In this document: in pieces, positions 51,871-60,206 of the stretch
How positions within the stretch are numbered: the stretch's first letter is position 1
How the letters are laid out: each line of letters begins with the position of its first letter
DNA from: an uncultured delta proteobacterium
GTDB taxonomy: Bacteria > Desulfobacterota > Desulfomonilia > UBA1062
Length of the DNA: 64,000 bases
NCBI GenBank assembly: GCA_963798485.1
Contig: CAWCTR010000030.1
Coordinates: 32,001 to 96,000 of the forward strand
Reading direction: 5' to 3'
The notes under the pieces: generated by a model
What the model was told of the DNA's origin: nothing
Databases searched by the model: none
The model's input: only the letters and a program-made list of their open reading frames with translations
Position numbers and translations under genes: made by a program

Positions 51871-53445
51871 GGTGTCCGTTTCCTTGTTGTGGGTCCAGTA
51901 ATAGCGGTATGATCCGCTCATGAGCTCGGCCTTGATATAGCCTGCGGCAAAGTAGCCCGTAAGCACCCTGGAGGTAAAAGACCTGTCCGTACCGGTCTTC
52001 TTTGCAACAATATCCGCCAGGAGCTCTATGGGGTGCGAGCCTTCCGCGTTCCTGCAGGGGCTTTCCTCGATAAGGTCTTCGGAGAGGATTCTATAGACGA
52101 GTTTCAGCTTGCGGTTGCCCTCAATAAGGAGATACTCGTGGTCGGTGCATATGCCGTCCTTATGGCGCTGTACCATCCCTTCCCAGACTTCATCGTTGCC
52201 CCTGTCATATTGTGCCACAAAGGCCGTCATCTCTTCAGGGCTCAATTGTGAAGTCTTCACTATAGGTGAGTTGGCATCGTAGCGGCTCCAGTCGTCGGTG
52301 AGTATCTCGATATCATAGTTTCCGAGCTCTTCACGGACCGTGGTGCCCGGGAAGGGCGAGAAGAAGTGGTAGCCATAGGCGATATCCAACTCAAGGGCGA
52401 AACGCTGTGTCTGCTGCAGGGTCTCCTTTGTCTCGCCGGGGAGTCCCACCATGAAGGAGGCGTGCGGGAGGATGTCGGCCTCTTTGCAGCATTGCACGGC
52501 CTTTCGGGCCTGCTCCAAGGTGATGCCCTTGCGGATCCTCTTGAGCATCTCAGGGTTGCCCGACTCAATGCCGAAGCTTATGCAATCGCAACCGACCTCC
52601 CGCATGGTCTTGAGTGTCTCCATGTCCACGGTGTTGACCCTGGCGAATGCGCTCCAGCCGAAGGTTACGCCCCTGCGCCTTATCTCGTCGCAGAGCTCTT
52701 TGACCCGGGCCTTGTCGACCGTGAACAGGTCATCGGCGACATTGATCCGGGTGAACCCCATGGCAAGGAGCTGCTCGATCTCATCCACCACCAGTTTGGG
52801 GTTTCTGAAGCGGCCCTTGAAGCCGACCATGCGCCTGCCAAGGCAGAAGATGCACCTGTTGGGACAGCCCCTGCTCGTAATGATGCTCACCGGGTATCCC
52901 AGTGCCTGATAGCGGGATATGGGCAGCAGATGCCTGGCAGGCATGGGTAGGCTGTCGAGGTCACCGATCAGCTCCCGGGTTTCGGTGATAACGATCTCCG
53001 TACCATCCCTGAAGGCGATGCCCTTGATACCATGCCATGCCTTTTTATCATCCAGGACCGCTATAAGCTCCATCAAGGTTTGCTCTCCTTCACCCTTGAC
53101 GATGAGGTCAAGCTCGGGGCAGGCCTTGAACGAACCCTGGATCTCAAAGGAGACATGAGGTCCGCCCATCATGGTGATGATCCCGGGGCGAAGCCTTTTG
53201 GCGTCCCTGATTATACGCTCGGCCTGGTGGTGATTCATGGTGACCGAGCTTGCTCCCACCACATCGGGCTTGAACGCCTCAAGTATCTTTGAAAGCTTTT
53301 CGGGTGAATACTTGCTTACAATAAAGTCGAAGATGCGCACGGTTGCGCCTGCTGCCTCGCAGGCCGCTGCTGCATAAGTAAGGCCTAAGGGCGGGGAGGG
53401 GGCCTCTTCCAATGGATAGGGTGTGCCGATGAGTGCGATTCTCAT
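51853..53445 (-). CDS. Cobalamin-dependent radical SAM protein
   Basis: PPLGLTY; GGPHVS; GEGE; SRGCPNRCIFC; FGIESG; GLPGET. Confidence 0.88.
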   Translation of the reverse strand: MRIALIGTPYPLEEAPSPPLGLTYAAAACEAAGATVRIFDFIVSKYSPEKLSKILEAFKPDVVGASSVTMNHHQAERIIRDAKRLRPGIITMMGGPHVSFEIQGSFKACPELDLIVKGEGEQTLMELIAVLDDKKAWHGIKGIAFRDGTEIVITETRELIGDLDSLPMPARHLLPISRYQALGYPVSIITSRGCPNRCIFCLGRRMVGFKGRFRNPKLVVDEIEQLLAMGFTRINVADDLFTVDKARVKELCDEIRRRGVTFGWSAFARVNTVDMETLKTMREVGCDCISFGIESGNPEMLKRIRKGITLEQARKAVQCCKEADILPHASFMVGLPGETKETLQQTQRFALELDIAYGYHFFSPFPGTTVREELGNYDIEILTDDWSRYDANSPIVKTSQLSPEEMTAFVAQYDRGNDEVWEGMVQRHKDGICTDHEYLLIEGNRKLKLVYRILSEDLIEESPCRNAEGSHPIELLADIVAKKTGTDRSFTSRVLTGYFAAGYIKAELMSGSYRYYWTHNKETDTLPIAF

Positions 53446-53454
53446 GGATGTCCT

Positions 53455-54177
53455 TTAGTTGTGTTTTCCCGGAAATAACAGGGACCTTACCCAGTGCAAA
53501 AGGGTATTGCCCTGGAGAAGGTCCTTGTCGATAATGACGAAGTCTTTGGCGAGCTTCTTGGGGTCTGCGTACCATTCGCCCCGAGCCCTCATGGGCTCTT
53601 TCGGGTCGAGCCTTTTTATTACCTTTGCCGGGTTGCCAGCGGCAATGACATTGGCAGGGATATCCCGTGTGACCACGGAGCCTGCGCCGATAATGCTGTT
53701 TTCGCCGATAGTTACCCCTTTGCAGACAATGGAGCTGTCGCCCAGCCAGACATTGTCGCCTATGACGATTCCGCCTGTGGCTCCGATATAGTCTGCGCGG
53801 TCGTAGATGCCGTGCCAGTCGGAGTCGGTGATGTAGACGTTGCTGGCCATCATGCAGCTGTCGCCCAAGGTGATGCCGGTGGCCGCACTCATCCGCACAC
53901 CGGGACAGATGAGGCTGTACTTGCCGATGCTGATGAACCCGTCACCTTTTTCCCTGCCCCATACGGTAAGCCGCACCCGGCGGTCCGGGGTGGAAATCAC
54001 GGTGGCGAAGTCGCCTATGTCGACGGGCCAGCCGAAGACCTGAACATACCACGGCTTCATGAAGGCGCAGCCCTTACCCAGGTGCTTGAACTGGGGCCTG
54101 AGGAAGTGTTCCACGTACCACTTGCGGAAATTGAGGTCGAGCCTCTTGAGGTAATATGGCCGGTAATCCTTTCGCAA
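53455..54177 (-). CDS. Hexapeptide-repeat (LbH) O-acyltransferase
   Basis: ITDSDWH; IGDNVWLG; GVTIGENSIIGAGSVV; AGNPA; TTG start. Confidence 0.88.
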   Translation of the reverse strand: MRKDYRPYYLKRLDLNFRKWYVEHFLRPQFKHLGKGCAFMKPWYVQVFGWPVDIGDFATVISTPDRRVRLTVWGREKGDGFISIGKYSLICPGVRMSAATGITLGDSCMMASNVYITDSDWHGIYDRADYIGATGGIVIGDNVWLGDSSIVCKGVTIGENSIIGAGSVVTRDIPANVIAAGNPAKVIKRLDPKEPMRARGEWYADPKKLAKDFVIIDKDLLQGNTLLHWVRSLLFPGKHN

Positions 54178-54181
54178 GGTT

Positions 54182-55315
54182 CTATGCCCTCATGTCAAAA
54201 GCGTCCGAATAGAACGCCTTCTTGATGCTGAAGATGGGATGGTGCTTTTTGAGGAAGCGGTACATGTGGGATTTGGCGCCCTCTCCTGCGGCCCAGAAAG
54301 AGTGGTTAAAGAGCTGGGAGGCCGGTGTGATGTGGTAGATGGCGTCCGTGGCCATCATCACGGCCGAGTTTGTCCAGGTGAGCTTATCTTCAGGCCAGAT
54401 GACCATGTCCGGGAAGGTGAAGCCGCACCAGAATGTGCCGTTCGAGTGTTTCTTGTTTTTGATCCAGCTCAGGACCGCCCCGGCCTTTTCGAGCTCGCCC
54501 ATCGCGGCCAACGTCAGGATGAGCTCGGAGGTCTCGGCAACGGTCACCCACGGGTTGTCGGAAACACAGCGTGCGCCGAGCCCTTCCACCATGAACTTGT
54601 TCCAGGACTTGTCGATTCGCTTCTTTGCCTCGCCCCCGGTAACAGCGCCGCAGAGTACGGGATAAAACCAGTCCATGGAAAAGCGCGCCTTGGTACGGTC
54701 GAAGAGGTGGGGACGGTAGCGTAGCGCATCGCCCAATCTCTGCAGCGCCGATTGCCAAGCAGGCCTGCTCTCGCCTAAGAGCAGGGCGAGGACGAGCGCG
54801 CACTTGAGGCTCATGAAGATGGAGCTGCAGCCGGTGAGGAGCGCCGTCGGGTCTTTGATCCCCAGAAAGTTTCTGGCCCAGTAGATCTCGCCGCTAGGCG
54901 CCTGGAGGTCCACGGCATAATCGATCCCGGCACAGATCGTGGGCCAGATGTATTCGAGGAACGGTCTGTCCTGGGTGATGAGGTAGTGGTGGAACACACC
55001 CACTGCTATGTATGACGACATATTGGATTCTTTGGTAAGGTCTTCGGGTATGCCGTTTCTATAAGAGGAATGCCAGCTGCCGTCTTCGAGCTGAATGGAT
55101 GCAAGCCATTCAAAGGCCTTACGGGCCTCTTCGTAGTAGCCGCCGATGGTAAGCCCGATGGCTGCCTCCACATGGTCCCACGGGTCGGTCTTTCCCCCTT
55201 CATGCCAGGGGATCTCGCCTGTCGGCCTCTGCTCTTCGGCAATGGATGAGGCCAGGGTCTCGATATCGATGGGCAGTGCCGGCCTTGATAGGCAACGGGC
55301 AGGGTCATGTTCCAT
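54182..55315 (-). CDS. (alpha/alpha)6-barrel protein, MmpH-like methylmannan hydrolase (family often annotated as prenyltransferase)
   Basis: GEIPW...TDPWDHVEAA; ALLTGCSSI; RFSMDWFYPVL; PWVTVAETSEL; TWT; start after AAAGGTGG. Confidence 0.75.
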   Translation of the reverse strand: MEHDPARCLSRPALPIDIETLASSIAEEQRPTGEIPWHEGGKTDPWDHVEAAIGLTIGGYYEEARKAFEWLASIQLEDGSWHSSYRNGIPEDLTKESNMSSYIAVGVFHHYLITQDRPFLEYIWPTICAGIDYAVDLQAPSGEIYWARNFLGIKDPTALLTGCSSIFMSLKCALVLALLLGESRPAWQSALQRLGDALRYRPHLFDRTKARFSMDWFYPVLCGAVTGGEAKKRIDKSWNKFMVEGLGARCVSDNPWVTVAETSELILTLAAMGELEKAGAVLSWIKNKKHSNGTFWCGFTFPDMVIWPEDKLTWTNSAVMMATDAIYHITPASQLFNHSFWAAGEGAKSHMYRFLKKHHPIFSIKKAFYSDAFDMRA

Positions 55316-56030
55316 AGGAACCACCTTTCTTCAAATAGAGTACAATGCTCTTGGCAATGAGAGGATTCAAGAGCCTGTCCAAGACCCTTGTCAGCAGCGG
55401 CTTCTTCATGATGTCCCAGACAAGGAACTTGTGGTAGAGCTTCACGGGCAAGGCATTGTCATTTTTATGCCCCGCCATGCACTTGATCCACCAGTAGGGG
55501 CTGTGCAGGGCATGTGCCCAGCCCGCCTCAACGCATGTAGCCCCTGCTCTCTGTAAAAGGCCGATGAGCTCATTTTTGCGGTAGATCCTTATATGGCCGC
55601 CCTCTTCATGGTGATAGGCCTCCGAAAGGGCCCAGCATATACGCTCGGGCAGATACCTTGGTACGCTCACCACCAGGGATTTCCCGGGTTTGAGTACGCG
55701 GATGATCTCTTTCATTGCCTTTGTATGGTCGGGGATGTGTTCGAGGACCTCAGAGCAGATCACGATATCGAAGGAGGCGTCTGTGAACGGGAGCCTGGTG
55801 ACATCGCTCACCATAACAAGCGCCGCCCCGCCGCCGTCTTCGTGCTCGTGCCGCATGATCTTCGTGGTGTTGTGGGCCTTGAGCGCATCGTGTTTTTTCA
55901 GGTCGATCCCCACCACGCTCACCCCTTTGGCGCGGAAGGCCTCACTCAGGTGGCGTCCGCCTCCACAGCCCGCATCGAGGACCTTTGTCCCGGGCATGAG
56001 GTCGAGCTTATTGAAGTCAACGGTGAGCAA
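55305..56030 (-). CDS. Class I SAM methyltransferase, OrfD-like putative mannan 3-O-methyltransferase
   Basis: (M)LTVDF; LDAGCGGGRH; SEVLEHI; PERICWALSEAYH; GGHIRIY; HALHSPYWW; TTG start at 56030 after GGAGG. Confidence 0.8.
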   Translation of the reverse strand: MLTVDFNKLDLMPGTKVLDAGCGGGRHLSEAFRAKGVSVVGIDLKKHDALKAHNTTKIMRHEHEDGGGAALVMVSDVTRLPFTDASFDIVICSEVLEHIPDHTKAMKEIIRVLKPGKSLVVSVPRYLPERICWALSEAYHHEEGGHIRIYRKNELIGLLQRAGATCVEAGWAHALHSPYWWIKCMAGHKNDNALPVKLYHKFLVWDIMKKPLLTRVLDRLLNPLIAKSIVLYLKKGGSYGT

Positions 56031-57312
56031 TGATAGCCTCCCGGTAGACCTCCACCACCTGCTTGGCGGTATTGAGCCAGGTAAAGTTCTTTCTTGCCCG
56101 GTCGTATCCGGCCTCGGCAAGGCGTGTGCGTTTGCCCGGGTCGTCCAGGAGATCAATGATGGCAGCCTCAAGGGCCTTGGCGTCGCCCGGAGGGACCAGC
56201 ACGCCTGCATTGCCTACCACCTCGGGCAAGGCGCCTCCAGTAGTGCTGATGACCGGCACCTTACAGGCCATGGCCTCACCGGCCGGCAGCCCGAAGCCCT
56301 CATAGATGGAGGGGACTACGGCCATGGTAGTCCTGGCATAGTACTGGGCGAACTCGGAGTCATCGATGCGGCCGGTGAAGGTGATGTAGTCGTGTGCATT
56401 GAGGCTCTTTACCAGCTTGTCGATGACGCCGTCCTTCTTTGGGGTTCCGATGACCGTGAGGTGCACGTCTCGCTTCTTTCTTATCATGGCTATGGCCTCG
56501 ATGAGAAAGCGCAGGCCCTTGAGCGGCGTGTCGGCGCTGTTGGTGACCATGATTTGGTTGTCGAGTCTTTTCACCCCGGCCAGGGTATGGAAGATGTCCG
56601 TATTGATGCCGTTGGCCACCACGCGGAACCGGTCATTGGGAATGGAGAATGCCCGGCTGATATCTGTTTTGGATGCCTCGGATACGGTAATGATATGGGA
56701 AAGTCTCCGGGAGACTCTTCCCTGCATGCTCAGGAAAGAATACCACCTGCGCACCTTCCATTTGCGCCAGAAGACCTTCTCTGATGCAATCTCCACATCG
56801 CGGTCCACGGTGATGGGGTGGTGGATAGTGGCGACAGTAGGGATGCCAAGGTTCTTGATTCCCAGTATGCCATAGGCCAGGCACTGGTTGTCATGCACGA
56901 CGTCGTAACGATGACGGTTTTCCCGCATGAAGTTGAAATAGCGCATGGAGTTCGTAAAGGGTTCCGGGAAACCGCCGCTGGAAACGCCGAGCCATTCGAG
57001 TATGTTGATGGGCGATCTCAGCTCTCTCAGGCTTGGGAGGCGGAAGAGGTCGTCAGGATTGTAGAGGTCGAGGCTCGGCAATGTATGGAGCGGGATATCC
57101 TCATCGATTATCGGATAGGGGGGGCCTGAGACGACCTCCACCATGTGGCCGAGATCTTTCAGCGCGCGGCTCAGCCTTTTGATGTACACCCCCTGACCGC
57201 CGCTGGTGGGTTTGCCGCGGTAGGTATAGAGGCAGATCCTCAGAGGCGTATCCTTGGTCCGCCGGCGTGTCCCTGGGGAGAAACCCTCTTGGGTTGCGGT
57301 TATCGATGACAT
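56017..57312 (-). CDS. GT4 glycosyltransferase, ManT-like alpha-1,4-mannosyltransferase
   Basis: YRGKPTSGGQGVY; GFPEP; VHDNQCL; TIHHPIT; SADTPLKG; YEGFGLPAGEAMAC; start uncertain (57312 or 57354). Confidence 0.82.
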   Translation of the reverse strand: MSSITATQEGFSPGTRRRTKDTPLRICLYTYRGKPTSGGQGVYIKRLSRALKDLGHMVEVVSGPPYPIIDEDIPLHTLPSLDLYNPDDLFRLPSLRELRSPINILEWLGVSSGGFPEPFTNSMRYFNFMRENRHRYDVVHDNQCLAYGILGIKNLGIPTVATIHHPITVDRDVEIASEKVFWRKWKVRRWYSFLSMQGRVSRRLSHIITVSEASKTDISRAFSIPNDRFRVVANGINTDIFHTLAGVKRLDNQIMVTNSADTPLKGLRFLIEAIAMIRKKRDVHLTVIGTPKKDGVIDKLVKSLNAHDYITFTGRIDDSEFAQYYARTTMAVVPSIYEGFGLPAGEAMACKVPVISTTGGALPEVVGNAGVLVPPGDAKALEAAIIDLLDDPGKRTRLAEAGYDRARKNFTWLNTAKQVVEVYREAIIAHR

Positions 57313-57512
57313 GGCACCAATACATCCTTTGGGAAAAAGTATGCCCGAACACACCTATGCATGCAATTCATGAGCAACACAGCATACTAGCAACTCTGCG
57401 CTGTCAAAGCAAGGAAATTTCTGATCATTGTCACCCATAGAAACAAGCCTTCCAGAGACGAGTGCCTCCATAGCTTAAGGGTTTTACTCCATCCGGCCGA
57501 TCAAGTGAACAT

Positions 57513-57719
57513 ATGGACATCTCTACATCGCTCCTCTTAGGCGTGTTGTTCGGATCAATCGGTATGGGTTATATCGTCTATGGCAAGAAACAACGCAAAG
57601 GCATGGCATTGTTTTCAGGGATCTCCCTGTGTATCTTTCCCTATTGTGTATCCAATATCTTTTTGTTTGTCCTTATCGGTCTGGTGCTCATGGCGTTGCC
57701 GTTCTTCATACGGTACTGA
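57513..57719 (+). CDS. Small hydrophobic membrane protein of unknown function
   Basis: 68 aa with TM segments; LFGSIGMGYIVYGKKQ...FPY motif. Confidence 0.65.
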   Translation: MDISTSLLLGVLFGSIGMGYIVYGKKQRKGMALFSGISLCIFPYCVSNIFLFVLIGLVLMALPFFIRY

Positions 57720-57735
57720 GGTTCAGCTGCGATGT

Positions 57736-57858
57736 GTTGGGTTTCGTCCCTCAACCCAACCTACGTCTGAGGTTCAATTCAGTAAGGGGACAGTATAAGA
57801 TTTTCCTATGTAGGTTGGGTTGAGCAAAGCGAAACCCAACCTATAAAACCCAACCTAT
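57736..57858. repeat. Pair of GTAG-type REP palindromes in inverted orientation
   Basis: GTAGGTTGGGTTGAG...CGAAACCCAAC on the minus strand (57736-57764) and the plus strand (57810-57840); lies between convergent genes. Confidence 0.75.
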
Positions 57859-57869
57859 ATATTGCTGCC

Positions 57870-58109
57870 TTACCTACCGGTGAAGAACCGTTCAATGAGC
57901 ATCTGCCTGAGCTTGTCCACAACCTCAGGGCTTACGCAGCATGGCTGTTTGATTTTCTGAGAGAGTTCTATGGTGAGTGAGTAGGTCTTGAAGCAGATCT
58001 TGCATTTTTCACAGACCCCGAATTTGCTGTTCATCTCATCGATGATGTCCTGGGAGAGGGTGTTATCCAAGTAATCCTGGAATAAGGAGGAACAGACCAT
58101 GCATTTCAT
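57870..58109 (-). CDS. Cys-rich soluble anti-sigma factor (zf-HC2-like)
   Basis: MKCMVC...DYLD...CEKC; ATGA overlap with the ECF sigma gene. Confidence 0.75.
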   Translation of the reverse strand: MKCMVCSSLFQDYLDNTLSQDIIDEMNSKFGVCEKCKICFKTYSLTIELSQKIKQPCCVSPEVVDKLRQMLIERFFTGR

Positions 58110-58717
58110 ATGCCTTCTCCTTCAGGTTGTGTATATTTCCTGAAATAGCCGGCCAGGACATCCCTCAGGATAAGCCGTCCCCGATGGAGCCTGGATTTGA
58201 CGGCAGGGACGCTCACGCCTAAGGACTGTGCGATCTCTTCGTTGGAGAACCCCTCCACATCTTTCATGATGACCACGGTCCTCATGGCCTCGGGCAGCGA
58301 GTCGATGGAGCCCTGGAGGATGGTCCTGCTTTCCTCGGACAGGAGAATATCGTCCGGCAGGGTCGACCAGTCGTACTCGTAATCCTGAGACGGCTCCTGG
58401 TCGATCTCCTCGATGGTGGTCTGCTCGGTAAACTTCTTCTCTTTTCGAAGGAACCCGTATGAGGCATTTGTGGCTACACGGTAGAGCCAGGTGGAAAAGT
58501 ATGCGTCATTGGTCAGCGTATTGATCTTGGCGATAACGGTGAGGAAGACCTCCTGCATGATCTCTTCGGCTGCAGAGGCATCACGGGTGAGATGGTATGC
58601 GAGATTATACACCTTGTTCGAATATCTCCTCACTATCTCCTCCATGGCGGCTGCATTGCCATGCTTGATGTCCTTCACCAAGATTGCATCAGAAATTATT
58701 CCCTTTTTCTTACCCAT
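58106..58717 (-). CDS. ECF RNA polymerase sigma factor
   Basis: AEEIMQEVF; FSTWLYRVATN; EEIAQSLG...VKSRLHRGR. Confidence 0.93.
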   Translation of the reverse strand: MGKKKGIISDAILVKDIKHGNAAAMEEIVRRYSNKVYNLAYHLTRDASAAEEIMQEVFLTVIAKINTLTNDAYFSTWLYRVATNASYGFLRKEKKFTEQTTIEEIDQEPSQDYEYDWSTLPDDILLSEESRTILQGSIDSLPEAMRTVVIMKDVEGFSNEEIAQSLGVSVPAVKSRLHRGRLILRDVLAGYFRKYTQPEGEGI

Positions 58718-58730
58718 TTAGATACCTGCT

Positions 58731-60206
58731 TTATCCTGATGGATTCAAATCATTCCATGTGAGAATGAGATTGCGCGCAGCACTTACCTCATCCACGCGC
58801 GTTACGGGCATGCCGCGGGGGCCTTCTTGCAAGGTTCCCGGCGAGTTTGCCGCCCTTATGGCCACGGATTCCATGGCCTGGGCAAACCTTTTCAATTCGC
58901 TCAAAGGCTCACTCTCGGTCGGCTCTATCATGATTGCCCCCGGCACCACCAGCGGAAAGTAAACAGTGGGCGGGTGGAAGCCGTATTCCATGAGCGCCTT
59001 GGCCATGTCGATGGTGGTGGCGCCATATGATTTCTGTTTCTTGTCGGAAAGTACGAACTCGTGCATCGTAGGCGTTGTATAGGGCAGATCAAATATCGCC
59101 TTGAGCCTGCTTTTAAGGTAGTTGGCATTCAGGCATGCCCTTATGGATGCCTCCTTGAGGCCTGAGGCGCCAAGGCTCAGGCAAAAGACATAGGCCTTGA
59201 GAAGGACCGAGGTATTCCCCATGCTTGAGTGGACCATTCCGATGCTTTCAGGGTTATCGGCCTGCAGGCCCAGTTTCCCTGAAGTATCGCGCACGATAGA
59301 GGGTATGGGAAGGAAGCCGGCCAGCTCTTCCTTCACCAGCACAGGGCCGCTCCCGGGGCCTCCCCCGCCGTGGGGGGCGCCGAAGGTCTTGTGAAGGTTT
59401 ATGTGCATGCAGTCCACACCGACATCACCCGGCCTGACTATCCCCATGATGGCGTTCAGGTTCGCCCCGTCCATGTAGAGGTACGATCCGTTCTCGTGAA
59501 GGAGTCGGGCTATCTCCATGATCTCTTTTTCAAATATCCCTAAGGTGTTGGGGTTGGTGATCATGAGGGCCGCAATGTCATCCGTCAGGAGGCCCTTGAG
59601 GTCGAAGGCCCGCAGAAAGCCGTCAGGGCCTGATGCGATGTTCACGGTCTCGAACCCGGCGATGGTGCAGGATGCAGGGTTGGTGCCGTGGGCCGTATCC
59701 GGGATGAGCACCTTGGTGCGCTTAGAGCCCTTCTTCTTTATGGCCTCCTTGATGACAAGCATGCCGGTAAGCTCGCCGTGGGCGCCTGCGGCGGGCCATA
59801 AACAACAATCATCCATGCCGCAGATGTCTTCAAGGATGCGTTTCAGCCCATATAACCATTCAAGCACACCCTCGGTTGCCGCCTTGTCTGCCGGATGGAT
59901 GGCCGCGATGGCCCGCGCGATCTCCTCGCTTATTTTCGGGTTGTATTTCATGGTGCACGAGCCCAGGGGATACATGCCCTGGTCGATTCCGAAGTTGAGC
60001 CGTGAGAGCCTGGTAAAGTGGCGCACCGTCTCCACCTCCGAGACCTCGGGCAACCCGGGCAGTTCAGGGTTTACATGGATATCCTTGCATAATGAGCCGT
60101 CAAAGGGCCGAGGGGTTGCCAGGCCGTTCCTGCCTTGGCCCGAGAGTTCTGCAAGCAGGGGCTCTGGGATGACTGGGAAGCTTGTCACAGCAGGTGTGTC
60201 AGGCAT
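58731..60206 (-). CDS. gcvPB: Glycine dehydrogenase (decarboxylating) subunit 2
   Basis: YPLGSCTMKYNP; AHGTNPAS; NLHKTFGAPHGGGGPG; IEPTESE. Confidence 0.95.
   Translation of the reverse strand: MPDTPAVTSFPVIPEPLLAELSGQGRNGLATPRPFDGSLCKDIHVNPELPGLPEVSEVETVRHFTRLSRLNFGIDQGMYPLGSCTMKYNPKISEEIARAIAAIHPADKAATEGVLEWLYGLKRILEDICGMDDCCLWPAAGAHGELTGMLVIKEAIKKKGSKRTKVLIPDTAHGTNPASCTIAGFETVNIASGPDGFLRAFDLKGLLTDDIAALMITNPNTLGIFEKEIMEIARLLHENGSYLYMDGANLNAIMGIVRPGDVGVDCMHINLHKTFGAPHGGGGPGSGPVLVKEELAGFLPIPSIVRDTSGKLGLQADNPESIGMVHSSMGNTSVLLKAYVFCLSLGASGLKEASIRACLNANYLKSRLKAIFDLPYTTPTMHEFVLSDKKQKSYGATTIDMAKALMEYGFHPPTVYFPLVVPGAIMIEPTESEPLSELKRFAQAMESVAIRAANSPGTLQEGPRGMPVTRVDEVSAARNLILTWNDLNPSG

Noticed and set aside
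54182-55315. Prenyltransferase or squalene cyclase (hopanoid) function
   Set aside because: No DxDD motif and too short for a cyclase; motifs and neighbours fit the MmpH-like glycoside hydrolase better.
55690-56784. 364-aa plus-strand ORF (likewise 44295-45122, 50278-51090, 53494-54225, 59518-60210, 61271-62017)
   Set aside because: Antisense shadows of well-supported genes in GC-rich coding sequence.
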